Source: Octopus vulgaris
Taxonomy: Eukaryota
DNA length: 64,000 nucleotides
NCBI GenBank assembly: GCA_951406725.2
Contig: OX597826.1
Location: 75,826,001 to 75,890,000, forward strand
Direction: 5' to 3'
In this document: positions 16,462-32,038 of the stretch, one piece after another
How the letters are laid out: each line of letters begins with the position of its first letter
Numbering within the stretch: position 1 is the first letter of the stretch
Notes under the pieces: model-generated
Database searches by the model: none
Seen by the model: only the letters and a program-made list of their open reading frames with translations
Told to the model about the DNA's origin: nothing
Program-made: the position numbers and the translations under genes

Positions 16462-18055
16462 GGAAGAAAGAGGAGAGAGAGTGAAAGACTACAATATGAA
16501 TGTAGAATAATAGACTTCATCCAGCATTTCACGAAGAGCCAAGTTTTGGCGAAACTAATTGCTATAATATAAAAACGGAATATCCATTTATTGTAAGTGA
16601 TTGGGGCGGAGACAGAAAATCATTTGGGAATCTAAATTAAAATCTAACTTTTTAAAATTGAAATAATTATTTATTTTGTACTTTCAAATCAAATTTTTCC
16701 CGCCTTCAAAATGTTCCGCATTCTTTCTTTTTGTGATTTTTTAAATTCCTTTTTGTCTATTTCTCCTCCACCTGTATTTCCCCCACCCCACCTTTACACA
16801 ACATCGACCTCTTTTTTCTGTTTTCTGCAATTTCAGTTCGGGGAAAGACTTTTTAGTTTCATTAATTCAAAAATCATAAACTGGAAAAAAAAAACTAACG
16901 AAGTTTTAAAAAAAAAAAGCTAGTAATAAAAATTAAACTAAAACTTGAAATCCTTTTAAATTCTTGTCCCATGCTTGGGACGGGGTTTGAGTTATTTGGT
17001 CTTTGTTTTTTGTTGAGGGTTTTTTTTTTTTTTGTATTTATGACTTAGTCACGTAAATTCGGGTGGTCGGGTAGTCGGGTGGTGATTAAAGATGAATGTT
17101 AGATGAAATGAGATGAGACCGTCAAACTGAAACCTTGAGTCGTTTCTCATGGCGTCCCAATCAGTTATTTCATTTCTTTTTTCCTATAACTCTCTTATAC
17201 TTTGGGAAACGGCATGAAGACCACGAACTCTCGTTTCCTTTCCCCTTCTAAATACAACTTCTCTGCCTCTTTACCTATTATTTCGCTGTTTTTTAGACCC
17301 CAAGTTCAGCTCTATGTTCAAAAGCCTTCCGACTGTGGCCACCCCCACCTTTCTGTATATCAGAGACTACTAAATTGTCCAATGTGTCTTTATGTATCTA
17401 AGACAGTATTATGTGATTTAAGGGAGGTTTGGCTATTATTCCAAGTGACCACGTGGAGGCTCTTTCATTGTTTCGCATGATTTATTTAAACATTTGTGCC
17501 TAGATGTATCGAGTCAAGTAAACTGAGGTCGTGTGACGCTGATACCTTTTATAAGAATTAGGAGCGGTGTGTATGAAGTGGTTAAACTTCGTCCTTAACA
17601 CCTGTGTGTTATCGAGCGGGAGGTAATTATTCTTACCATATCCTCTGCAAGCCTTCCAAAATTGTTCGTATTGAAGCGATTAATGTTTAGCTTCAATAAC
17701 TGCGAGTTATTAAGGCAACGATTCTCAGCCTGAGTTTTGGGAAACCCTGGGCATCTGCAAAAATAGAACTTGTGGGTGGGACTCTTTGAACTGGGTTCAA
17801 AATTTATTGAGGCGATAGACTTTCAAGAACTAGAGTCAGTGGGAAAATTCAATTAAATAACAAAAGTCGTTGGTAGTGCAAAGGTTGAGAACCAACCATT
17901 GGGTTACGTGGTCTCTCGCCTTGCTAAAAATAGTAGCTGAAGCTTCCGCAAATCACATCTTACCGTCTTGAAAATAGAAGAGCACATTGGCACAATGTAA
18001 TTATACAAAATACGAGTAGTCGAGATCAGAATACTTTTGCTGATGGGCAAACAAG

Positions 18056-18298
18056 TGGAGGTGCGTAGTTTAGTGGTTTGGGGTATTGAACTTGTGGTCG
18101 TAAGGTTATGGTTTCGATTTCTGGACCGGGCGATGCGTTGTGTTCTTGAGCAAAACACTTCATTTGACGTTGCTCCAGTCCACTCAGCTGGCAAAAATGA
18201 GTAATCCTGCGACGGACCGGCGTCCCGTCCATGTGGGGAATTTCTACGCCACTGAAACCGGGAAACCGGCCCTTATGAGCCTGGCATGGCTCGAGAAG
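18056..18298 (+). mobile_element. SINE family T (tail type 2, V-domain-like)
   Basis: Same head and central block as 45407, then cctgcgacggaccggcgtcccgtcca...gaaaccgggaaaccggcccttatgagcc. A related copy lies at 34455-34657(-). Confidence 0.82.
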
Positions 18299-19415
18299 AT
18301 GGATGGGGCAAAAAAAGGGGATAAATAACTACCATATGAGCAGTTACAGAAGGAAAACGTCCCGAGAAGGAAAGATACTGAAAGTGGTTAGTAAGGAACC
18401 TGACAGAAGGTGAGAGGGTAGGGTGGACGATGAGAAGAGGAAAACTTGCTTTAACGGATAAGCTTTGGTGGTGGTAAATATGCGACTCGCTATGATGAGC
18501 AGAGACCGGCTTAGCGTTGATTATGGAGCACAAATGACAACTATAAATAGCTTTGTTAATGCGAGACAACGAAGGTGCCTCTGTATCGTCGTTCGACTTC
18601 CTCCAAATAGCAACCATAGTCAGCTCAAATCACACTTTAGAAAAAGGTGCGCTGTGTAAGCCAGGACCCAAGTGGTCTTGGATTCCCTGCTCATGGGGAA
18701 AAGAGGAGATAGTCACCGATGGAATGTTTTGGGTTTAGTATTTTTAGGTTAGGAAAATGAATGAATGTCGCACTTGCAATTTCTTTCCGTCGCTAAAGCC
18801 AGCAGAATTTACCATTCATTGATAGAAATGGATCTGAATAGACAAGCACATGGCTTGCACTATTTCAGACACACACGTGCGTACGTGCGTGCGTGCGTGC
18901 GTGCGTGTGTGTGTGTGTGTGTGCGTGTGTGTGTCTGTGTGTGTGTGTTCCATTGTTATTAGCCAATGAGAGAAGTGACAGCGTCTATGACTCCTTTGTA
19001 CTCTCTCCTTGCCCCGGCTGAAGGATTTGATGCGTTTAGTTTGAACTTTTATAGGTTGGCATATACAAGAGGATAACGGGGGGGGGGAGAATTCTGGTGT
19101 GTGAGATTTAGAGGGATGTACTTTAGCTTATTTCTTTCTACTATAGGTCCAGGGCTTAAAATTTTGTAGGGATGGAGTTAACCGATTACATCTGGTACTT
19201 GTTTCGTCGACCCTGAAAAGATGAAAGGTAAAGTCGATCTCAACGAAAATTAAATGTAAAACTAGACTAGGACGTCTAGGATATTGATGCTCAGTGTGGA
19301 CAAGAGGAAGACGAGCAAATCCGATGGGTTTGAGTAGAAAGAATAAAGGAGTAAAGGGGTCAGGCAGTGAACTAAATCATTTGAGCAGAAGCTGTTCTAG
19401 CATTGATATAAACAT

Positions 19416-19646
19416 CTATTTCTTTACTACCCACAAGGGGCTAAACACAGAGGGGACAAACAAGGACAGACGAACGGATTAAGTCGATTTTATCGACCCC
19501 AGTGCGTAACTGGTACTTAATTTATCGACCCCGAAAGGATGAAAGACAAAGTCGACCTCGGCGGAATTTAAACTCAGAAAGAAGCGGCAGGCGAAATACC
19601 TCTAAGCATTTCGCCCGGCGTGCTAACGCTTCTGCCAAGCTCGCCC
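19416..19646 (-). mobile_element. SINE family M monomer (tail A)
   Basis: Reverse complement of the 2584-2816 element. Confidence 0.88.
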
Positions 19647-20367
19647 AGAGCGAGGTAGCGGTTATATCATGTCTTCACCTGGATGATGGTTATGTTACAG
19701 GCTCTGACATGCTTTTAAGGAATGTTACAGTGTTCAGTTTGCCTGTCAAAGATAGATTGTACTATCTTCACTATCCAGGCTAACAGGTCTGTACGCCGGT
19801 AGATAATGCACACTCTTGTATGCAGTGATGATTCATATGGCGTACAGTATGACAGATTGGACGGAGAGTAAACTCTCTTTCAGCCGTCGTATCTACTTGT
19901 GTACTCCGGCAGATACAGCTTCGGCACAAATCGGTGAATCGAATTTTATGCTGTTGCGACAATCAGGAAATATCCGCTCTCCTTCCGGCGCCCAGTATAT
20001 TTCTGTTTACCCGTGAATCACTGCGTGCTCTGACTTGCAGTGATGGATCGTATAGGATTCATCGTCTGTTGGCGTTAATTACATAACCTCCACGCTTTCG
20101 CTCGGCAAATCAAAACTTCAGCCAAAGATCCTACAAATAGTATGCTTACGTCATAAAAAGAATTAATCAAAGGTGGGGATTGTAGTTTGTTGGTAAATAA
20201 GTCTTAACCCATCATCCGAAGAGCCTCGTTTTGGATGGCGTCAAGGAGAGCAAAGCCCCAAACTTTCTTTTACACCTCGGATCGGTTTCAGGCAAGACAG
20301 TTTTGCTACAGACCGAGGGAACACGCGCATAACAAAACGCAATAAAGTGCATAATACATAATTCAGT

Positions 20368-20416
<49 letters not shown>

Positions 20417-20484
20417 CACGCATGCACGCTTGCACACATGCACATATAGGTATGTATACATATTTATTTATATTTATATATACT

Positions 20485-20780
20485 CCTTTCTACTAAAGCC
20501 ACAAGGCCTGGGATTTTAGGGGAGTGATAAGTCGATTAGATTAACCCCAGTGCTTGACTGGTGCTTATTTTATCGGCCCTGAAAGGATAAAAGGCAAAGT
20601 CGACCTCGCCGGAATTTGAACTCACAACGTAGCGGCAGACGAAATATGGCTACGCATTTCGCCCGGCGTGCTAACGTTTCTGCCAGCTCTCCTTTCTATT
20701 ATAGGCACAAGGCTTGAAATTCGAGGGAGGGGGATAATCGATTACATCGACCCCATTACTCATCTTCATTTATCGACACC
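20485..20780 (-). mobile_element. SINE family M monomer (tail B) plus adjacent partial copy
   Basis: Reverse-complement head, central domain and tail B (ccttgtggctttagtagaaaag). A second tail-B fragment starts at ~20691. Confidence 0.8.
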
Positions 20781-21239
20781 AATTTGTGGTTATTAGTGTT
20801 GATGGTTAATAACAGAGTTATGTACGGAATATAAAGGGGACGTAACTAAATGACGAAGTATTTCGTCCTTCGTCGTTCCACGGAAATCTGTCAACGCGCT
20901 GCACGCAGGAATGTTGCAACGATGAGAAAATTTGCCTCGTCTAGATTGTTCTCATTGAAATACGAACATCCTGTTTGTGAAGGTTCATCAACGAGTGATG
21001 AAGGTTAATTCGTACATTGTTTACTTTTAATTAGGACAGTATATATATTTCTCGTTAAACAAGCTAAATTAGCAATTATTTGTTTGTTATTATGCTTTTA
21101 ATGAAATGACTCTTCCGCCATTAACCACTGACATTGATAAGCGACGTGTACATGTGTATGTATGTTAATAGAGGACGGTCTGCGCATGCGAGTATATGCT
21201 CATATATATGTGTCAATGTGTGTATGCGTGTGTGTGTGA

Positions 21240-21555
21240 AGGTGCATTGCGTGGCTTAGTGGAAAACGTACTCGGCTCACGATCGCAACTTCGTGAGTTC
21301 GATTCCCGGCAGCGCGTTGCGTCCTTCTGCAAAACACTTTTTTTCACGCTGCTCCCATCCACTCAGCTGGCAAAAATGAGTTGTACCAGTAATTCAAAGG
21401 GGACGACAACCTTGTCACACTCTGTGTCACGCTGAATTTCTTTGAGAATTATGCTAAGGATACCTGTGTCTGTGAAGTACTCAGCCACTCACACGTTAAT
21501 TTCAGGAGCTGACTGTTCCGTTAATCGGATCGATTGGAACCCTTGTCGTCGTAAC
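21240..21555 (+). mobile_element. SINE family T (tail type 1)
   Basis: Colinear with 45407-45725. Confidence 0.82.
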
Positions 21556-22189
21556 TGATAGAAACGCATGTTGAGGAGTAATTCTGTGAGTGAAATATGA
21601 AAATTATCAAACAATACATATAGAAGCATTTATGACTGAGAAAGATAAAAAGAAAAACAATCGCTTTTTTACGCCCCAAATGAAACAAAACAACATAAGA
21701 TGCCATATTGCATTGTGTAGCGAGGAGATAAGTGATGTGCTTTCGAAGAAAAGAAAAATAACAGACGTGGGTGGATGGGGGGAAAATAAAGGAGATTGCA
21801 GTCTGAGTAAAGAAAGGACAGAGCAGAGAAAGATAAAGAGTGTGAGGGAGGCAGCGAGACGGGGGAGGGGAAGAAGAGAAGGGAAAGAAGGGAAGTAAGA
21901 GGGTTGTCAAAGCAAGTCAAGGAAGCACAAGTAAGTCACGTGGTTGTGTGGAGTTGGTGGTCATAAATGGAAGAAAGTTGGCAGAAGTGACGAAAGAGCT
22001 TAAGACAAGAGACAGACGGGAAAATTCACCTTTGTGCAGGAATCAATCAATCAACCAATTAATCAATCATACATACATACATACATACATACAGTCAAGG
22101 AGTCTTGGATCTAGGTTAGAAACCAGTTCTTTCTCTATTTGCAAGAAATCTTGAAATAAACTAAATAATGGCATACATACATATATACA

Positions 22190-22222
<33 letters not shown>

Positions 22223-22687
22223 GCATACATACATACATACATACATACATACATACATACATTTCTCTATCTCTCTCACCTCCAGCCCCCTCGATCTGTC
22301 TCTTTCTTCTCCTCCCTCGTCCACCTTCTCTCTCTTTTCATCTGCTTCGAATGTCCCGTCCTGTGGTTCTTGTGTCGTCTCTGTGGCGTTTCATGTTCTT
22401 GTCCATGTCTGTAATTATTTTTACTGTTTACCTATATACATACATACATACATACATACATGCATACATACATACATACATACATACATACATACATACA
22501 TACATACATACATACATACATAAACGCAGGCGTCCCTATGTGGTAAGAGGTTTCCTTTCTAGCCACATGGTTCCGAGTTCAGTCTCACTGCGTGGCATAT
22601 TCGGCAAATGTCTTCTGCTATAATCCCGAGCTGACAAAATGACAAAATATATATTTACTAAGTGTATATGTATATGTATGTGAATAA

Positions 22688-22718
<31 letters not shown>

Positions 22719-23111
22719 CGAACTTACGAGCGTGTACAATCAAAGTAAATTTCATGCAAAAGTCTTCGCTTCTGTTGCAATCAAATTTGCATTAGATATA
22801 CAATTACCCGGTCTTCCGTTTGAGTTGTTTATCATGGCTTGCTTCTTTTCTTATCTCAAACAACAAATTGAACAAACAACCAAGGCAAATAGTATACGTC
22901 AAGTCGATGACTTACTCCCTAATAGCTCGGTGAATTGGCGGGATATCATAGAGTTCTTAGCAAGAGATTAAACGAGGTGATGCTTTTCAATAAACCGACG
23001 TGATGAAGCTGACCGAAAAGGTAAACAAAACGGAGAAGTGTATTTATAAATTCATTCGTGATTATTTCTGTCAAAATCTAATCGCTCGACATCTTGGTGA
23101 AGAAGCAGTTC

Positions 23112-23490
23112 CTTTCTACTCTAGGCACAAGGCTCGAAATTTTGGGGGAGGCGGCCAGTCGATTAGATCAACCTCAGTACGCAGTTGGTACTTAATTTAT
23201 CGACTCCGAAAGGATGAAAGGCAAAGTTGACCTTGGCGGAATTTGAACACAGAATGTAATGGCAGACGAAATACTTATTTCTTTACTACCCACAAGGGGC
23301 TAAACATAAAGAGGAGAGACAAACGGATTAAGTCGATTATATCGACCCCAGTACTCGACTGGTACTTATTTAATCGACCCCGAAAGGATGAAAGTCAAAG
23401 TTGACCTTGGCGGAATTTGAACTCAGAACGTAGACGAATTACCGCTAAGCATTTCGCCCGGCGTGCTAATGATTCTTCCAGCTCGCCCAC
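23112..23490 (-). mobile_element. SINE family M composite (A + truncated B)
   Basis: Same architecture as 109-505, with the junction at ~23275. Confidence 0.88.
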
Positions 23491-25325
23491 CTTATACAAA
23501 GTGCTCGATATTGTAACAACGCTGCCACAGTGGAGCTCCGTGGGCAGTTACATATCTAAATAGACCGGGACAAACTGTATCGATACAAGCAGATGTTGAA
23601 TTAATTATCTGCCAAATTGCTTCAGATAAAAGGTTTAATCTTTCGTGAAGTTATCAAGAGAGAACGGAACATTTCTCATTTGCCGGACATGTTGTTATTA
23701 TAGACATCCCTTCAAGCAACAACCAGTCACTTTGCTTTTGTTCTGTTTCATTTTCATTTGAGGGAGCGTAGCCATAGAAATTAGGAAATTAATGCATTCG
23801 TTTGAAGCCGGCATGATGGAAGAATCGTTAGCATGCTGGGAAAAATACTTAGAGGCATTTCGTCCGTCTTCACGTTCTGAGTTCAGTAAGTACCAATAAG
23901 TAGCACTGAAGTCGATGTACCTCAGTGGTACTTACCCCCTCCCCCCAAAATTGCTGGCCTTGTGCCAAAATTTGAAATCGATAGTAATGCATCTCTGAGA
24001 CAGTAACAACGTGGATGGAATAATCCCCGTTCGGATTTAGAACCCATTATACGACAATTGTTATGTGTGTGATTGTTAATATGTAACTCCCGTTTACCTC
24101 TGATCCTACAGACATAAAATACAGAATCTTACATAAGAGAGATTGAATAAATAAACATACATTGAAACAGTGAGGTAATGATTTTTACATAGGCAGACGA
24201 CCAGAAATTTTGATTGGAGGGAACAAATATTGCACATCATCATCTGGATTCAAATCCATGCGTGGAAACCCAGAGGATTTCATGTCCACCATCTTAATCC
24301 ATTCGTGTCGAAATTTTTCTAGAGAATGAAATTGCCTGAAAATTCAGATACTATTGTTTTGACCTAAATAACTGAAACAAATTTCATTGAAATCCTTTTG
24401 TTACAGACTGCATACGCGTTAAGAACATGTTTCATTCTTTGATACAGATCATGCACAAATCACAATTTGTATCAAGTATTTGTTTTATACCCTGATAAAT
24501 TGTTATTCAATTTAAGCAGACGATCGACATGAACGGGTTAACTACTCAGCTATAATACTCTAAACATGCATCTACGTGAGAGTATTAGTGCCGATACATA
24601 TGCCAACATCTTTTATTGTTTTAAAGCAGTCAAAATGCTAAATTTAGTCTCCACATTGAAAACAGTTTTAAAATAGTTAACAATTTTCAAAAACTACTGA
24701 TGTCACGTGTTTATTCTCGTAATAGTATTTATTTATTCCTTAACATTCTCGAGCAAAACTTGCCGGTCTCCCAACAAGAAATAAAGCATATACATTGAAA
24801 TTACAGTGACAATAATAACAACAACAACAGCCAACAATAATAATAAGACCAAATGATGTGTCCCACTTATGAGTTGACTTTGCAAGAAGACATGTGTGGG
24901 TTTTTCTTTTTTCTTGTTTCTTTGCTTCATTTTCTTCTTTCTTCTCGAAAACCACAGTTTCTTAAGATTATTTTCTTAAACATTTGGTGACACACTGAGA
25001 GATTCAACACTGATTATAATTCCAGATCTATTCAAGGATCAGTAGATCAGCAAAATCAGTAGACTCGGTCGGTGCATCACCGCAATAAATACCTAGTGGT
25101 GTTTACGTCACTCTATGTCATGAGTTCAAATCTTGCAACAGTTAACTTCACCTTTGGTCTTCCCGGAGATCAATGTCTTCAGTAACAGTCTAAAGAAATG
25201 GAGTCACGTATATTTGCACTTCTATTTACACACCCGAAATCTGTTGTTCTGTGCCTATGTTAGACATCCTATAATCTTGTTTAAGCATTGGTCGATTGCT
25301 ATCAAACATTTTGAGTAAAATATTA

Positions 25326-25720
25326 AGCGCAGGAGTGACTTTGTGGTAAGTAGTTTGCTTACCAACCACATGGTTCCGGGTTCAGTCCCACTGCGTGGCA
25401 CCTTGGGCAAGTGTCTTCTACTATAGCCTCGGGCCGACCAAAGCCTTGTGAGTGGATTTGGTAGACGGAAACTGAAAAGAATCCCGTTGTATATATGTAT
25501 ATGTGTATGTGTGTGTGTGTGTCTGTGTTTGTCCCCCCAACATCGCTTGACAACTGATGCTGGTGTGTTTACATCCCCGAAACTTAGCGGTTCGGCAAAG
25601 GAGACCGATAGAATAAGTACTAGGTTTACAAAGAATAAGTCCTGGGGTCGATTTGCTCGACTAAAGGCGGTGCTCCAGCATGGCCGCAGTCGGGTGGCTG
25701 AAACAAGTAAAAGAGTAAAA
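25326..25720 (+). mobile_element. tRNA-derived SINE family C (CORE-like), full length, internal (TA)/(TG) microsatellite
   Basis: A/B-box-like head (gtggtaag...ggttcagtccc), then accttgggcaagtg (resembles the CORE/MIR motif), an internal microsatellite and the tail tgaaacaagtaaaagagtaaaa. Confidence 0.88.
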
Positions 25721-25938
25721 ATGATCACATATTGTATTTTCGCTATTGATTTATCCGCAGAATCTTCTAAGAAAGAACAAGTTATAGTAATTCTTCATTG
25801 TTCTCTTGGATTCGGCATAAAACAGAAATGTTTACCAGGAGACACAGTACATATTCTAATCAGCCACCTGAGTGTCTTGTACAGAATCAGGAGTTTGTTA
25901 CATCAAATAATGTAATTAATATATAAATGGACGGCTTG

Positions 25939-26155
25939 AGGCGGTGAGCTGGCAGAATCGTTACCGCGCCAGGGAAAAAAACGCTTAACGGCATTTCCTT
26001 CGTCTTTACGATCTGCGTTCAAATTCTGCCAAGGTTGACTTTACCTTCATCCTTTCGGGAGTCGATAAAATAATTACCAGTTGACCACTGGTGTTGATGT
26101 AATTGACTTGTCCTTTCCGCCCCGAAACTACTGTACTTGTACCAAGATTTGAAAC
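25939..26155 (+). mobile_element. SINE family M, diverged copy
   Basis: Head ggcggtgagctggcagaatcg and central domain are recognisable. Similar diverged copies lie at ~19130-19260(-), 23808-23980(+), 39915-40040(-), 47483-47545(+), 51335-51531(-), 56735-56860(-) and 59850-60030(+). Confidence 0.75.
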
Positions 26156-27290
26156 CTAGATATATATATCTTATGTTGCAATATGGTCGCTGCGCAACTT
26201 CCGGTATCAGTTTGAATCAGTAATACAAACTAATGCAACATTCGTAAAATTTGCAATTCTGTCATTTTATGCGGCAGTGTTCTGTGCCACTGTATGATAC
26301 TTATTTAGAGATATATTAACACAGATATTGAGAGTTACGTGTTTTTGTACATTGACCCATTGCAGTGGTCTTAAGAGAAGGCGAACTTCCAATGTTTTTG
26401 TTGGACTTCTGACCCGTATATTTTTCAAGTCAGCGATCCACATTCAGATAGATAACATTTATAACAAGCAGAACTGTTTTAAGTTTTGGTTGTTGTAAAA
26501 TATGTGAGGGCGGATAGCACAATATTTCCTCGTCTGTCGCTAAACCGGAACCGTTATTTCAGCCAAATTCTATTCCTGTGTCCCGCCCAGCAAAAATGCG
26601 ATTAATACGCTGAATTTCAAATTTTATTTCCAAAATATATAATATTATTATCAGTGAGGTAGTGATAATAGGTATTGATAATAGTTTGTGTTTAGCCTTA
26701 TATCAACCCAGTGATAGAGACAATCCAAGCGTGGCTATCCATCTTACTTTTTCGAATATTTTGTATCCAGAACTACATTATGCAATGTGTCCTTTTGTAA
26801 TATAAAAAGATAATTGGATGTAATTTGAAGGCAATCTCGCTACTCTTTCTAGCAGGTCGAATGGCTAGGTGGGGGTGTTCTTGTTAGCTCATAAACCAGC
26901 AAGGAAGTTGGGTCATTTAGTAGAATCCAATCTCATCAAATTCATTTCTTTGAACTTCCTCGTGAGAAAATGTTAATGGGATTATCAAAAATACTCAACA
27001 TTTTATTTGCAAATGGCGTAATTTCCTTTCAAAGAACAACTGTCAAATTGCTGACGTTCTCTTCTTTTTATGAACGTCATTTTGGCAGACTTCTCACGTC
27101 TCAACGACACTGAGAATGGGTTCAAATACGTGTGTGTGAAATGCAACAAATAAAACATCAATGAAGAGGATTTAATACCTTATTTGGTAACTATACATAT
27201 GTATACATACAATAATATATGGATAGAGGGAGAAAATAGATAGACCGACAGATAGATAGATGATAGATCGATCGATAGATAGATAGATAA

Positions 27291-27355
<65 letters not shown>

Positions 27356-27360
27356 CCGAC

Positions 27361-27423
<63 letters not shown>

Positions 27424-28098
27424 GCGAAATATTTTTACGTAAAATGCTCAAATTTGTTTATTAGAGTGAAAGAATAGGCGGACAGAGTTAACTTCCGGTA
27501 TACAATACCACAGACATCATAACCTTACATCAAAGCATGCTTGAGATACGGAACGTTGTGTTTAGAGAACAATAAATCTCTACAGATAATGTCAAAAACA
27601 TGAGATCTCTCTATGACCTGCAGTCTCTGAGGACCAAACAAATAAGTCGAAAAATCAGATACCATTACACCAGGCTTTACAGAAGAAAATTGAACAGTAC
27701 GACTCAGATGTCGAAACCATGATAATATCCGTTTGGCAGCTGGAGAGTAAATGCCTACGTTGGCTGCGTTTGTTTATATGAATATGTTTATCGTTGGGAA
27801 CTTTTTACATCTTGTATTCTCGTTGTTTTGGGATTGTCCCCCATTGAAATTTTAGTTCGATAAACTCGAACTTGTGCAGCGATTTTATAATCTATGGCAG
27901 TTTTTGTTACACACAGACACACACACACACACATACACACACGCACGCACACACACATATTTATATGTATGTATATTTATACTTATGCACGTGTGCATAT
28001 TTATATCTATCTATCTACATGTATATATATATATATATATATATGCATATATATAAGTATATATATATAAGCATATATATAGACACAAACACACATTG

Positions 28099-28164
<66 letters not shown>

Positions 28165-28553
28165 TAGATAGATAGATATAGGCAATGTATGTATGTGTAT
28201 ATGTATATATATATATATATATATATACATATAGGCAGTCACGTTTTGAGGTTTGTAAGTCATTTCATCACGGAAGTGGAACCAGTTATAATGGTGCAGA
28301 AAATTTAATTTCTTCAAGACAGAACTATACAAATATAAACAAGATATTTCAATTATAATTTTAATTAATCATCGTAGTGAATAAATTACCTCACTTCCTA
28401 AATAGATTTCAACACACACACATATTCTCTCTCTCCCTCTCTGACTCCTTCTCTCTCTCTCTCTCTCATTCTCTCTCTTTCTCGGAGTTTTCTGTTTTCT
28501 CACGAATGTTTATATTTTTCTCTGAACATAAACATCGGCGAAGAATAAACACT

Positions 28554-28603
<50 letters not shown>

Positions 28604-28956
28604 TTTGTGTGTGTGTGTGTGTATGTGTGAATTCGTGTTTGTGTGTGTGTGCGCTAGCAAGTTAAAGAGTACCACACATGCAATCAGTCATAGAAACACA
28701 TACCCAGGCACACACATAGACCGATATAGGCTCAAGCATCGAGATACACACACACACACACCAACACACGCACACACGCACACACACACACACACACACG
28801 CACGCATGCTGACACACATGCACACACATGCAAATGCATACATGCACCAAGACGAATGGCCAGAAACATTAAACATATGGAGTCATAAGTGCAGACATAG
28901 AAAGGTATTCATTGGGAAACAGAATGGAGTGTTTTATACACACACACACGCTCGTG

Positions 28957-29102
<146 letters not shown>

Positions 29103-29147
29103 CTTATACATATCAACTCGTATATTCCTATTTAAATCTTCTACATT

Positions 29148-29211
<64 letters not shown>

Positions 29212-30361
29212 TGTATATAGATAGATAGAGAGACAGAAAGACAGATATAATCGTCTGCAATATTTCGTATGCGCAAGTTGTGTACTGAAACAGATATTGT
29301 TATATTCTCGGAGGAACATTCCGCCGCTAAGAAGCATACGTGCTTGAGAAAATAAACAAGGCTTAGCAACAACATACAAATAACGAACACAAGAAACGAG
29401 TCAGTTGCAAAATGGAAGCCAACTGAAACTGTGACAGTTATATGTATAGGGGGTAGCATTTTTCACAAACCAAAACACCCAAAGAAAATTATTTATAATC
29501 AACGGGTTCGTTAGCATGAAATTAAATTAAAAGCAGTGCATGCGTTCTTAGTTCTAATTAGTAAAATGCCTCCTCCCACCTCCCCCACCACCACTACCAA
29601 TTAATAATTATATATATGTGAGACAAACTTAATGTGTGTAGTTTAAAAGCGACAGGTTGCAGTTTTCGTCGGCGACAAATCCCTTTATAGACGTAGAGGA
29701 TCTGTTTGAAAAAAAAAATGCAATCTTTTTCAGAGTTTGACGAAGCGAAAATTGAAAATCGCTCAGAAATGACAACGAGAGCGACAGAAACGTATTTCGC
29801 CGTTGTTGCGACTTCTCAATGTCATATACTTGTGTCGCTTCCTAAACGAGACCGACTCACCGCGTCTAAAGTATATAGAATTAGTGTGTAAGGTATAGAG
29901 TGGTTTGCATAAGCTGAATAAATTCGAAATTTGCCATAGAAACAGATTTATAGTAAAATTAATTAATTAATATAAGATATTTAACGTATATGTGCAGTTG
30001 CAAAGCCAGGCACTGCGGTTTTCGTCCTTTATATGAGAGAATCAATCAATTCTTACGTTTGAACAAAAACAAAATGGCTGACTGTGATTTTATTCTCCGA
30101 TCTCAACTTATACCATTCTTCTACATGCCGGTGTATTCCCAATAAGACATTCTCTGCATTCCTCGGTCTTTTGCTATTGGTTGTTGCTTTGTCTATTTTT
30201 TAAAATCCAATTCCAACCATCTAGAACACAGTATATTTGCTCACAAAACATTATGCAAATTAGAAATTTTAAACCCCCCGGCACAACGCAAGTCGAAACC
30301 ATGGATATTTAATGTAGTTCAATTTGCTCTCGATTTTTGAAAAGCAGGTCTTACAATATAA

Positions 30362-30625
30362 TGGTTGTATACTGTCAACTCAACGTGACAGTCCCGTAAA
30401 GGGAATTACACCACCGCTATTTAGCCCTAGGCAAGCATCGACGCTTCCTGTCGGCTTTGACGCATTTCCTGTGTCCTTACATTTGCAAAGGGGAGGCAAG
30501 CACCCCTGCCAGCTAGGATTAGCACCTGAAACCATGCTTGCCTAGTCGATGCTTGCCTAGGGCTAAATAGCGGTGGTGTAATTCCCTTTACGGGACTGTC
30601 ATGTTGAGTTGACAGTATACAACCA
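30362..30625. mobile_element. Fold-back / MITE-like element with 81-bp inverted arms
   Basis: 30362-30442 is the reverse complement of 30545-30625 (80/81), with a 102-bp spacer. No TSD is evident. Confidence 0.75.
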
Positions 30626-31213
30626 CTCTATCGCCCCACCACCGCTCATGTCTCTCTGAGACGTTTAGAAATTCAATATTTCTAATAGGTCTTACACTGT
30701 TCTCAGAAAACACTGACGCAATTTGTGAAGGATATGTGAAACATATGCATCTGTTTTAAGGAAGATGAGTCATTTGGTGGACTTCTGAGACAACACACAA
30801 CACGAACATGTAAAACACGTGCATCAACTTTGAGTTTATGACCTGAAATCCTGTACCTTATCCACTCGGCCATTTTGTCTCAACAACACCGATCAACTTG
30901 TTATTCTCTCTAAACTGTTCTGTATTCACCCATTCGCTTGTTTATTTATACAGTTGTAGAGTAAACTTCACAACTTCTTTCTTTTATTTTTTTATTTTTA
31001 AACACCAGCAACAAATATATAACTTTCCCCGGCAGCTGTTTGGAGCTTGTTTGTACGTAATAATCTGACACGATACTTGACCTGCTGTCTTTTCGATATC
31101 TCATTAATCATTATGAGTCTAGATTAAGTTTCCTCAATCCCAATATCAACTTGTTTGATTATCAAACATGTTGGCTTATACACACACACACACATATATA
31201 TATATGTCTCGAA

Positions 31214-32038
<825 letters not shown>

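Noticed and set aside
19790-20010. Possible RTE reverse-transcriptase remnant (minus-strand QSVILYA)
   Set aside because: A single short degenerate motif is too weak to call without a profile search.
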